This document shows positions 10,129 through 18,581 of a stretch of 64,000 bases of DNA, piece by piece. Source of the DNA: Myxococcales bacterium (lineage in GTDB: Bacteria; Myxococcota; Myxococcia; Myxococcales; Anaeromyxobacteraceae); contig JBBQEB010000003.1 in assembly GCA_038320275.1 (NCBI GenBank), positions 108 to 64,107 of the forward strand. Reading direction: 5' to 3'. The notes beneath the pieces are model-generated. The model was not told where the DNA came from. It worked only from the letters and a program-made list of their open reading frames with translations, and searched no databases. Numbering within the stretch: position 1 is the stretch's first letter; each line of letters begins with the position of its first letter. A program made the position numbers and the translations under genes.

Positions 10129-10455
10129 CTACCCGCGCCACCGGGAGCGGAGCGCGCTCACCTCGCGGTCGTGCGCGCCGTTCGCCCAGGAGACGTACCC
10201 CGCGGTGAGCAGGTAGGCCGCCCCGATGACCGCGATGGAGAGCGCGACGCCCAGGGTGAGCGCGCCGGCGAAGGGCCGGGCGAGCAGCACCGGTGCGAAG
10301 GCCACCAGCAGCACGAACCCGAAGTAGGCGACGGAGAGGAGCGCGAGGAGGCCGAGCGCCACGGTCCACCGGCGGGCGACGAGCCGCCGGAACTCGGGAG
10401 AGCGCACCAGTTCGTGTGATCTCGCCGCGGTGCGTGAGGCCCTGGGCTCGTCCAT
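10129..10455 (-). CDS. DUF485 (YjcH-like) membrane protein, ActP partner
   Basis: SPEFRRLVARR, two TM helices, YVSWANG..D; immediately upstream of actP. Confidence 0.85.
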   Translation of the reverse strand: MDEPRASRTAARSHELVRSPEFRRLVARRWTVALGLLALLSVAYFGFVLLVAFAPVLLARPFAGALTLGVALSIAVIGAAYLLTAGYVSWANGAHDREVSALRSRWRG

Positions 10456-10573
10456 GCCTCCTCCATGACGGGCGAGCACCGCCCGGCACCCACGGTACAT
10501 CACTTTCGGAAGGGCCACCTCCCTGCGGGCCGGACCGCCCGTGCTATCGTCTCCGGCCCCCGGTCGACAAAAC

Positions 10574-11317
10574 ATGAAGCTCGCGCTCTTCGCGGACATC
10601 CACGCCAACCTCGAGGCGCTCACCGCCTGCCTGGCGCACGCCAAGGGGCAGGGCGCGGACCATCAGGCCTTCCTGGGCGACCTCGTCGGCTACGGCGCGG
10701 ACCCGGTCGCGGTGCTCCGCATCGTCAGCGCCCGCGTGGAGGCTGGAGCGCTGGCGGTGCGCGGGAACCACGACGAGGCGGCGCTGGAGCCCGGTCCGGA
10801 GACCATGAACCGCGCCGCGTCCAAGGCCATCGCCTGGACGCGCGACGCCCTCCCCGAGGACTTGCGCGCATTCCTGGCCGGCCTGCCGCTGGTCGAGCGA
10901 CTCGGCACCATGCTCTTCGTGCACGCCAGCGCCGATCGGCCGGAGGCCTGGACGTACGTCTACGACGCGGCGGAGGCGGCGCGCAGCGTCGCCGCGTCCG
11001 ACGCGAGCTACGTCTTCTGCGGCCACGTGCACGAGCCGATGCTCTACTACACCGCCGCCGGTGGTCGCCTGCTGCCCTTCCAGCCGGTGCCCGGGGTGGC
11101 CATCCCCGTTCCCTCGCGCAAGAGGTGGCTCGCCATCCCCGGCTCCGTCGGCCAGCCGCGCGGCGGCGATCCCGCGGCGCGCTACGCCATCGTCGACGTG
11201 GCGCGGGCGACGCTCACCTTCCATCGCATTCCCTACGATTGGCGGGCGGCCGCCGAGAAGGTGCGAGCCGCGGGATTGCCGGAGAGCCTCGCCCAGCGAC
11301 TCGAGGGGGGGAAGTAG
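10574..11317 (+). CDS. Calcineurin-like metallophosphoesterase
   Basis: ADIHAN, GDLVGYG, RGNHD, CGHVH, PGSVGQPR. Confidence 0.9.
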   Translation: MKLALFADIHANLEALTACLAHAKGQGADHQAFLGDLVGYGADPVAVLRIVSARVEAGALAVRGNHDEAALEPGPETMNRAASKAIAWTRDALPEDLRAFLAGLPLVERLGTMLFVHASADRPEAWTYVYDAAEAARSVAASDASYVFCGHVHEPMLYYTAAGGRLLPFQPVPGVAIPVPSRKRWLAIPGSVGQPRGGDPAARYAIVDVARATLTFHRIPYDWRAAAEKVRAAGLPESLAQRLEGGK

Positions 11318-11319
11318 GG

Positions 11320-12717
11320 GTGCCGGGGCTCGGGCCGGGCGACGAGGTGGACGGCTTCCGGGTGGAGGAACGTCTGCACGCCGGGGGCATGGGCGTCATC
11401 TATGCAGTCTCCGGCGGCGAGTCCGGCTTCCCCCTCCTCATGAAGGTGCCGCGCCTCGGCGCTGGCGAACCGGCCGAGAGCGTCATCACCTTCGAGGTCG
11501 AGGCCATGGTCCTCGCTTCCCTCAAGGGGAGCCACGTGCCGCGTTTCGTGGCGGCGGGGGACCTCGCTGCGCAGCCGTACCTCGTCATGGAGCGGGTGGA
11601 GGGGCGCCCGCTCTCGGACTGGGCGGAGCGGAGCCCGCTGCCGGTGCCGGAGGTGGCCCAGCGCGGGGCGGCGCTCGCGCTCGCCCTGCACGACCTGCAC
11701 CTCCAGGAGGCAATCCACCTCGACGTGAAGCCGTCCAACGCGCTGGTGCGCCCCGACGGCGAGGTGGTGCTCATCGACTTCGGCCTCGCCCACCACGCCC
11801 ACTACCCGGACCTCCTGGCGGAGGAGATCCGGCACCCGGTGGGCTCGGCTCCCTACATGTCCCCGGAGCAGGTGCTGGGGGTGCGCAGCGATCCGCGCAG
11901 CGACATCTTCGCGCTGGGGGCCGTGCTCTATCAGCTCTCGACCGGAAAGCTGCCGTTCGGCTCGCCGACCTCGCCTGCGGGGCTGCGCAAGCGGCTCTAC
12001 CGCGACCCGATCCCTCCCCGCACGCTCGAACCTTCCGTCCCCCCCTGGCTGCAGGAGATCATCCTGCGCTGCCTAGAGCCGGATCCCGAACGCCGCTATC
12101 CTTCGGCGGCGCAGGTGGCGTTCGATCTCGTCCACCCCGACGGCGTCGCGCTCACCGAGCGCAGCACCCGGCGGCGGCGCAATGCCGGCCTTCGCGAGCT
12201 GCTCCTCTGGATCCGCGCCGCCGGGTTCGAGCCCAAGGCCGCGCTCAAGCCCTCCGCGCGCCTCTCCGGGGCCACCATCATCCTCGCCGCCATCGCCACC
12301 ACGCACGCCAACGAGGGCCAGGCGGAGGCGCTGCGCGAGACGGTGAAGCGGCTGCTCGCCACCGACGACGAGACGCGCCTCGCCTGCGTCACCGTCATCC
12401 GCAACGCGCCGGAGCTGGGCGGGTCCTCCGAGGAAGAAACGGCGACGAGCCAGCGCATCCAGCACATGGTGCTCCTGCGCCACTGGGCGGAGCCGCTCGC
12501 GCTGCGCCAGGGCCGGGTGTCCTTCCACGCGGTGGAGTCGAGCGATCCTGCCGAAGCTCTCCTCGAGTACGCCCGGGCGAACGGCGTCGATCACATCGTG
12601 ATCGGCGGACCGCCGCCCGACATGCCGCTGAAGGGCATTCTGGGGACGGTCTCGACCAAGGTCGCGGTGGAGGCGCCCTGCACCGTGACGATGGTGCGCC
12701 CCCGCGCGAAAGCCTGA
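11320..12717 (+). CDS. Ser/Thr protein kinase fused to C-terminal universal stress protein domain
   Basis: GGMGVIY, HLDVKPSN, DFG, PYMSPE; C-terminal DHIVIGG..GTVSTKVAVEAPCTVTMVR. Confidence 0.9.
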   Translation: MPGLGPGDEVDGFRVEERLHAGGMGVIYAVSGGESGFPLLMKVPRLGAGEPAESVITFEVEAMVLASLKGSHVPRFVAAGDLAAQPYLVMERVEGRPLSDWAERSPLPVPEVAQRGAALALALHDLHLQEAIHLDVKPSNALVRPDGEVVLIDFGLAHHAHYPDLLAEEIRHPVGSAPYMSPEQVLGVRSDPRSDIFALGAVLYQLSTGKLPFGSPTSPAGLRKRLYRDPIPPRTLEPSVPPWLQEIILRCLEPDPERRYPSAAQVAFDLVHPDGVALTERSTRRRRNAGLRELLLWIRAAGFEPKAALKPSARLSGATIILAAIATTHANEGQAEALRETVKRLLATDDETRLACVTVIRNAPELGGSSEEETATSQRIQHMVLLRHWAEPLALRQGRVSFHAVESSDPAEALLEYARANGVDHIVIGGPPPDMPLKGILGTVSTKVAVEAPCTVTMVRPRAKA

Positions 12718-12762
12718 TGGTGACGCGGCTGGGATGAGGCGGCCCCGCCTGCGAAACGAGAA

Positions 12763-12796
12763 AGGCCCCTCGCGCCGCGGTTGGCGCGAGGGGCCT
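12763..12796 (-). terminator. Intrinsic terminator between the convergent kinase and MFS genes
   Basis: 14-bp stem AGGCCCCTCGCGCC/GGCGCGAGGGGCCT, U-rich tail on the minus strand. Confidence 0.75.
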
Positions 12797-12825
12797 CGAA
12801 AGCCACCGGGATTGCCGGAGCGGCG

Positions 12826-14511
12826 CTACCCTTCGTGGCTCAGGTCGCGATCCTTCGTCTCGGGCATGAAGAGGACGCCGATGACGAAGGTGCCCGCGGC
12901 GACCACGATGGGGTACCAGAGACCGTAGTAGATGTCGCCGGTGGCGGCCACCATGGCGAAGGCGATGGTGGGCAGGAACCCGCCGAACCAGCCGTTGCCG
13001 ATGTGGTACGGCAGGGACATCGAGGTGTAGCGGATGCGGGCGGGGAACAGCTCGACGAGCCAGGCCGCCATGGGCGCGTACACCATCGTGACGTAGATGA
13101 CGAGCAGCCAGAGCAAGAGGATGACGGCGACGTAGTTCACCCTGCTCATGTCAGCCTTCGCCGGATACCCGGCCGCCTTGACCAACTCGCCGGCCTGCTT
13201 CTCGAAAGCAGCGCTCTTCGCCTTGAACTCCGCGGCCGGCATCGACGATCCGCTGAAGCTGGGGATGACGGTGCTGCCGATGCGGACGGAGGCGACCGTG
13301 CCCGCCGGCGCCGATTCGTTGGAGTACGCCACCGAGCGCTTCGCCAGGAACGTCTTGGCGATGTCGCAGGAGCTCGTGAACTTGGCCTTGCCGACCGGGT
13401 CGAACTGGAAGCTGCAGTTCTTGGGGTCGGCCACCACCGTGACGGGATTGGTCGCCTGGGCGTTCGCGAGAGCGGGGTTCGCGTAGCGGGTGATGCCCTT
13501 GAAGATAGGGAAGAGCGTCAGAGCGCCGAGGAGGCACCCCGCCATGATGATGCGCTTGCGGCCGATCCGGTCGGACAGGATGCCGAAGAGGATGAAGAAG
13601 GGCGTCCCGAGGGCGAGGGAGCCGGCGATGAGGAGGTTCGCGGTCTGGGGCTCGATCTTGAGCGTCTGAAGGAGGAAGAAGAGCGCGTAGAATTGGCCCG
13701 TGTACCAGATGACCGCCTGCCCGGCGACGCCACCGAAGAGCACGAGCAGCACGATCTTGAGGTTGCCCCAGCGCAGGAAGGACTCGGTGAGGGGCGCCTT
13801 CGAAGATTTGCCCTCCGCCTTCATGCGCTTGAACACCGGCGACTCGTTGAGCTGAAGCCGGATGTAGACCGACACCGCCAGCAGGAGGACGGAGAGCAGG
13901 AACGGGATGCGCCAGCCCCAGCTCTCGAAGGCCTCGGTGCCCAGCGCGGTCCGGGTCGTGAGGATCACGAGGAGCGAGATGAAGAGCCCCAGCGTGGCGG
14001 TGGTCTGGATCCAGCTCGTGAACTCGCCGCGGCGGCCGGGCGGCGCGTGCTCGGCGACGTAGGTGGCGGCGCCGCCATACTCGCCGCCGAGCGCGAGGCC
14101 CTGCAAGAGGCGCATGCCGATGAGGATAATGGGGGCCGCGACGCCGATGGTGGCGTGCGAGGGGAGCATGCCCACCACCGCGGTGGAGCCGCCCATGATG
14201 AGGATGGTGATGAGGAAGGTGTGCTTGCGGCCGATCATGTCGCCGAGCCGGCCGAACACGAGCGCGCCGAAGGGCCGGACCGCGAACCCTGCGGCGAAGG
14301 CGAGGAGCGCGAAGATGAACGAGGTGGTCTCGTTCACGGCCGCGAAGAACTGCTTGCTGATGATCGCCGCGAGCGATCCGTAGAGATAGAAGTCGTACCA
14401 CTCGAAAACGGTGCCGAGCGAGGAGGCGAAGATGACTTTCTTCTCCTCGGCCGTGATCGCTGCGCGTGGCGCGGGCGACCCCAATTTCGGGGTCGCTGCT
14501 GTCGTGGCCAT
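12826..14511 (-). CDS. MFS transporter, metabolite:H+ symporter (MHS) family
   Basis: SSLGTVFEWYDFYLYG, RPFGALVFGRLGD, GGEYGGAATYVAE, ELFPARIRY. Confidence 0.9.
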   Translation of the reverse strand: MATTAATPKLGSPAPRAAITAEEKKVIFASSLGTVFEWYDFYLYGSLAAIISKQFFAAVNETTSFIFALLAFAAGFAVRPFGALVFGRLGDMIGRKHTFLITILIMGGSTAVVGMLPSHATIGVAAPIILIGMRLLQGLALGGEYGGAATYVAEHAPPGRRGEFTSWIQTTATLGLFISLLVILTTRTALGTEAFESWGWRIPFLLSVLLLAVSVYIRLQLNESPVFKRMKAEGKSSKAPLTESFLRWGNLKIVLLVLFGGVAGQAVIWYTGQFYALFFLLQTLKIEPQTANLLIAGSLALGTPFFILFGILSDRIGRKRIIMAGCLLGALTLFPIFKGITRYANPALANAQATNPVTVVADPKNCSFQFDPVGKAKFTSSCDIAKTFLAKRSVAYSNESAPAGTVASVRIGSTVIPSFSGSSMPAAEFKAKSAAFEKQAGELVKAAGYPAKADMSRVNYVAVILLLWLLVIYVTMVYAPMAAWLVELFPARIRYTSMSLPYHIGNGWFGGFLPTIAFAMVAATGDIYYGLWYPIVVAAGTFVIGVLFMPETKDRDLSHEG

Positions 14512-14623
14512 GGTTCTTCCTCCGGACCAGGTGGCGTGCGGGACGGCAATGGACAAATGCGGCGGAGCCACTTGGTACTCTCAGATCGGGGAGCGATGCG
14601 AGGACCCTTTTGGCTCCCCTCGC

Positions 14624-14638
14624 TTGACTTGTGGTCAA
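14624..14638. promoter_or_regulatory. Palindrome TTGAC-N5-GTCAA upstream of the MHS transporter
   Basis: ttgacttgtggtcaa seen directly. Confidence 0.45.
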
Positions 14639-14656
14639 TCCCGATTACGCTGCGCG

Positions 14657-15835
14657 TCAATGACCGGTTGCGTCAAGCCGGGCCGGACGCCCCAGACGGA
14701 ACGTCAGGAGCGTGATCGCGAGGAGCGCTCCCTCGACGGCGGCAGCGCCGCCGAAGAGCGGTCCAACGCCTCCCCACCGGTCATACCCGAGCCCTGACAG
14801 CCGGTAACCCAGGGCGTTCCCGCCCCCGAACACCACTGCCGCATAGAGCGCCTGACCTGTGGCCCGGAGGGGTGCGGGCACCAGCGCCGACAGCGCGCGG
14901 ACGCTCGCGCCCCAGAAGACGCCGAACGTGAGCCCGTGGAAGAGCTGGAGGAGGACGATGGCCATCGCGCCGCTCGCGCGAGAGAGAAGCCACCATCGAG
15001 CGGTGCTCCCCGCAAAGGCCAGCGCGAAGAGCGCGCGCGTGCCAACCGCGCGCGCGAGCCGCGGAAAGGCGAGGAGGGCCAGCACCTCCGCGCCCACCCC
15101 CGCGGTCATGGAGAGGCCTGTCACCGACGCAGGCAGCCCGCTGTCGCGCACGAACACGCCGAAGAGCAGGTGGTACGGCGCGCAGGCCGCCCAGTGCACG
15201 GCGCACGCGCCGAGGAGCGGGAGAAGTTGCCGGTCCCGCAGGAGGTCGAGCGCCTCCCGGAGCCGCGGCCTGGCTGGGGCGACGGGTGCGGAGGGGACAT
15301 CGCGTGCCGCGACCGCGTACCCGACGGCGCAGGCGGCCATCGCGAGGGGAACGAGCAGGTCCCCCGGACGGTCGCCGCGGAGGGCGAGCGCGATACCGAG
15401 CGATTGCGCGAGCGCGATGAACCCCAGCGAGCCGAAGACCCGGATGGCGGCGTACGAGAGCCCCGGACGGTCCTTCAGCCACTCGATGCAGATCGAATCG
15501 GCGAGCGGCACCACCGCGCTGGCGGCGAGCGCCTGTGCGAGGAGCACCCCCGCCACCGCGAGCGGCGTGCGAGAGAAGGGCAGGGCCAGTGCAGCCGCCG
15601 CCGAGAGGGCGGTTGCGAGCCGGAGCGCACGCGCCGGGGCGCGCAGCCGATCGGCGAGGCTGGCCCAGGCAAGCGCCACCGGGCCGGTGACCACGGGCCC
15701 CAGCGACTGGACGAGGCCGATCTGATCTCCCGTGAAACCGACGCCGCGAAGGTAGGGCGCGAAGTAGGGCAGGTTCGCGCCCACCGCGCCGTAGTAGAGG
15801 AAATACAGGACGCGCAGGCGGGTCGCGGGCTGCAT
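14657..15835 (-). CDS. MFS transporter (MFS_1-like, HcaT/MalA-type)
   Basis: YFLYYGAVGANLPYF, IRVFGSLGF, QLFHGLTFG; about 12 TM helices. Confidence 0.85.
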   Translation of the reverse strand: MQPATRLRVLYFLYYGAVGANLPYFAPYLRGVGFTGDQIGLVQSLGPVVTGPVALAWASLADRLRAPARALRLATALSAAAALALPFSRTPLAVAGVLLAQALAASAVVPLADSICIEWLKDRPGLSYAAIRVFGSLGFIALAQSLGIALALRGDRPGDLLVPLAMAACAVGYAVAARDVPSAPVAPARPRLREALDLLRDRQLLPLLGACAVHWAACAPYHLLFGVFVRDSGLPASVTGLSMTAGVGAEVLALLAFPRLARAVGTRALFALAFAGSTARWWLLSRASGAMAIVLLQLFHGLTFGVFWGASVRALSALVPAPLRATGQALYAAVVFGGGNALGYRLSGLGYDRWGGVGPLFGGAAAVEGALLAITLLTFRLGRPARLDATGH

Positions 15836-15922
15836 GTTCGGCGTGGGTCGTACCACGGCTTCGGGGCGGCAGCCGTCCCGCGCCGCGGGCGCGCGCGCTC
15901 GGGCGGGTTACATCACGCGCCC

Positions 15923-16375
15923 ATGCGACCCGAACACGAGAGCGCGCTCGCGGAGGTGCGCGTCCTCACCCGCCAGGGTGGGCTGCGCGACGGGGTCCTG
16001 GCCGGCGCTGCCGCAGTCCTGCAGCGGCTGCCGCGCTACACCGGCGTGTACCTCTACGCTCTCGAAGGCGACGAGCTCGTCCTGCGCGCGCACGCTGGCC
16101 GTGACACGCAGCACCTGCGCATCCCGGTGGGCCAGGGGCTGTGCGGGCTTTCGGCGCGCACCAAGGGGGTGGTGGTGGTGGACGACGTCACGGCCGACGC
16201 GCGCTACCTCGCCTGCAACGTCGAGACGCGCTCCGAGATCGTGCAGCCCGTCCTGCGCGGCGACCTGTACCTGGCCCAGATCGACGTGGACTCGGACGAG
16301 CCCGGCGCGTTCGGGAGGGAGGACCGGGCCTTCCTCGCCCAGGTGGCCCTGGAGCTCGAGGGGCTGTTCCGTTGA
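15923..16375 (+). CDS. msrC: GAF-domain free methionine-R-sulfoxide reductase (MsrC/YebR-like)
   Basis: GQGLCG, DDV..DARYLAC, TRSEIVQP, IDVDS. Confidence 0.75.
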   Translation: MRPEHESALAEVRVLTRQGGLRDGVLAGAAAVLQRLPRYTGVYLYALEGDELVLRAHAGRDTQHLRIPVGQGLCGLSARTKGVVVVDDVTADARYLACNVETRSEIVQPVLRGDLYLAQIDVDSDEPGAFGREDRAFLAQVALELEGLFR

Positions 16376-17418
16376 GCGCGAGCGCGAGCGCGGCCGGGAT
16401 GGTGCTCTGCGCCGGCCTCGGCACGCGCCTGCGCCCACTCACCGACCTCCTCCCCAAGCCCGCCGTGCCGCTCTGTGGGCTTCCGCTGGTGCGCTATGCG
16501 CTCGCGCTCCTCGCCGGGGCGGGAGTCGGCCGCGCGCTGGTCAACGTGCATCACCTGCCCGACGCCATGGACGCCTCGGCCCGGGCGTCGGCGCAGGCGC
16601 TCGGCCTCGAGCTCGCGGTGGCGCGCGAGCCGGTCATCACCGGGACGGGCGGCGCCCTGCGAGCGGCGCGCGAGGCGCTCGCGGGCGCGAGCGCGATCGT
16701 CGTGATGAACGGCGACATCCTGTTCGACCTCGACGTGGGGGAAGCGCTGGCGGCGCATCGCGCGTCGGGCGCGCTCGCCACCATGGTGCTCATGCGGATG
16801 CCCGACGGGGCCCGGTACGCCGCCGTGGAGACGGACCCCTCGGGAGCCGTGCGGCGCATCGCGGGGCGCTTCGGCCCAGGTGGGGCAACGCTCCATCCCT
16901 GGCACTTCACCGGCGTTCATGTCGTCTCCTCCGCGCTCCTCGAGCACATCCCCGACAGCCCGCTCGAGCTCGACGTGAACAGGCACGTCTACCCTCCGCT
17001 CATGGCGAGCGGGCTGGTTCGGGGCCACGTGGTGAACGGCGGCTGGAGCGATCTTGGCACGCCGGCGGACTACCTCGCGGCGAACCGCGACGTGCTCGCG
17101 GGGCGGGTGAAGCTGGGGAGGTTTCCCGGAGCGAGCCCGTTCGCCGGGCTGGTGGAGCACCTCCCGGGAGCGTGGGTCGCGGAGGATGCGGAGGTCGCCG
17201 GGGAGGGGGGCCTGCGTGGCCCGTGCATCGTGCGCGCGGGGGCGCGGGTGGGGGCGGGAGCGGTGGTTGGACCGGGCGCGGTGGTGGGCGAGCGCTGCAC
17301 GGTGTCGGCGGGGGCGCGGGTGGAGAACGCGGTCCTGTGGGACGAGACGGAGCTCGCGCGCGGGGAAGCGGTCGTGGGCGCGATCGCCGCCGGCGGGCTT
17401 CGGGTGGGGGCGGGGTAG
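16372..17418 (+). CDS. Sugar-1-phosphate nucleotidyltransferase (MurU / mannose-1-P guanylyltransferase-like)
   Basis: MVLCAGLGTRLRPLT..PKP, GTGGAL, NGDI, WSDLGTP; C-terminal left-handed beta-helix-like repeats. Confidence 0.85.
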   Translation: MSASASAAGMVLCAGLGTRLRPLTDLLPKPAVPLCGLPLVRYALALLAGAGVGRALVNVHHLPDAMDASARASAQALGLELAVAREPVITGTGGALRAAREALAGASAIVVMNGDILFDLDVGEALAAHRASGALATMVLMRMPDGARYAAVETDPSGAVRRIAGRFGPGGATLHPWHFTGVHVVSSALLEHIPDSPLELDVNRHVYPPLMASGLVRGHVVNGGWSDLGTPADYLAANRDVLAGRVKLGRFPGASPFAGLVEHLPGAWVAEDAEVAGEGGLRGPCIVRAGARVGAGAVVGPGAVVGERCTVSAGARVENAVLWDETELARGEAVVGAIAAGGLRVGAG

Positions 17419-17538
17419 GGTCGCGGTCGAGGTCGAGGTCGGAGTCGCGGTCGCGGTCAGGGTCGCGGTCGAGGTCGGGGTCGCGGTCGAGGTCGAGGTC
17501 GGGGTCGGGGTCGCGGTCGGGTTCGGCGTCGGGGTCGC
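17419..17538. repeat. About 20 x degenerate hexamer (GGTCGN) tandem array
   Basis: ggtcgc ggtcga ggtcga ggtcgg agtcgc..., filling the gap between convergent genes. Confidence 0.9.
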
Positions 17539-17544
17539 CCGCTC

Positions 17545-18483
17545 CTATGGCATCACGATCTTCACCGCGGGCCCCGTCCGGATGCGCGCCTGTTCTCGCG
17601 CCTGGTACAGGTCGCCATCGAGCGTGATGCGCACCGCTCCTTCCAGGAGAAGGTCGCGGGTGACCGCGTCCACGGCCAGCGATCTCTTCCACGGGCGGCC
17701 GAAGAAGATGCGCGGCAGCCGCGCCGCCACCTGCAGGGTCGTGCCGGTCACGCCCACGGCGTGGAAGAACCCCGGCTGCTCATCGCAGCGCGCGAGCGGC
17801 GCGAAGCCGAAGCCGATCTCCGGCACGGCGCCGGCGAGCACCGCCAGGTACGGCGCGTCCGGCCACTCGTCGCCGTCTGCCGTCACCCGCAGCCTCTCCC
17901 GCGTCGTGAGCGCCGTGGCGAAGCGCCCGCGCACGAGCGCCGAGCCGATCGCGCGGGCGAGCAGGGCGGCCGCGGTCGATGGCGTGGGCCGGCCGGTCCG
18001 GTAGTACGCGTCGAGGAAGGTGACGACCATCCCCGTGCCGAAGATGAAGCCCAGCAGCGGCGCGCCTCCGTCGAGCTCCACCGAGAGCAGATCCCGCTCG
18101 GCCGTGCGGAGCGGCACGCCGGACCGCCTCCGCTCCAGGATGGCACGCAGGATCGACTCCGGCCCGCCGTGAAGGCCGTGCGCGTCCGCGACGGTGTTCA
18201 TCGAGCCGCCGCGCAGGAGCGCCACCGCCGGCAGCGGCCCTCCCGCCGCGGCCCGCGCGAAGGCGGTCAGGACGATGTGCGCGGTGCCGTCCCCCCCGTT
18301 GATCCCCAGCACGTCCACGTCGCGTGCCCGGAAGCGGCGCACCACCTCCGCCAGCTCCTCGTGCGTGGAGGCGTCCGCCACCTCGCCGTCGTCGCGCAGC
18401 AGGACCCGAAGCCGGCGCGCCGTTCCCGGCGCGCGCTGGTTGCGCCGCGAGCGGGGGTTGTTCACGATGCCGATGCCGGCCAT
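17545..18483 (-). CDS. Diacylglycerol/sphingosine kinase family protein
   Basis: IVNNPRS, GINGGDGT, LRGGSMN. Confidence 0.85.
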   Translation of the reverse strand: MAGIGIVNNPRSRRNQRAPGTARRLRVLLRDDGEVADASTHEELAEVVRRFRARDVDVLGINGGDGTAHIVLTAFARAAAGGPLPAVALLRGGSMNTVADAHGLHGGPESILRAILERRRSGVPLRTAERDLLSVELDGGAPLLGFIFGTGMVVTFLDAYYRTGRPTPSTAAALLARAIGSALVRGRFATALTTRERLRVTADGDEWPDAPYLAVLAGAVPEIGFGFAPLARCDEQPGFFHAVGVTGTTLQVAARLPRIFFGRPWKRSLAVDAVTRDLLLEGAVRITLDGDLYQAREQARIRTGPAVKIVMP

Positions 18484-18581
18484 GGCCGCGGAATGTGGGC
18501 CCCCGGGTCCTCCGGGGTCAACGCCAAAGCGCCGGCTTGTGATCGCGCCTTGCACGGCGGGTGATTAGGAGTACGGCGAAG

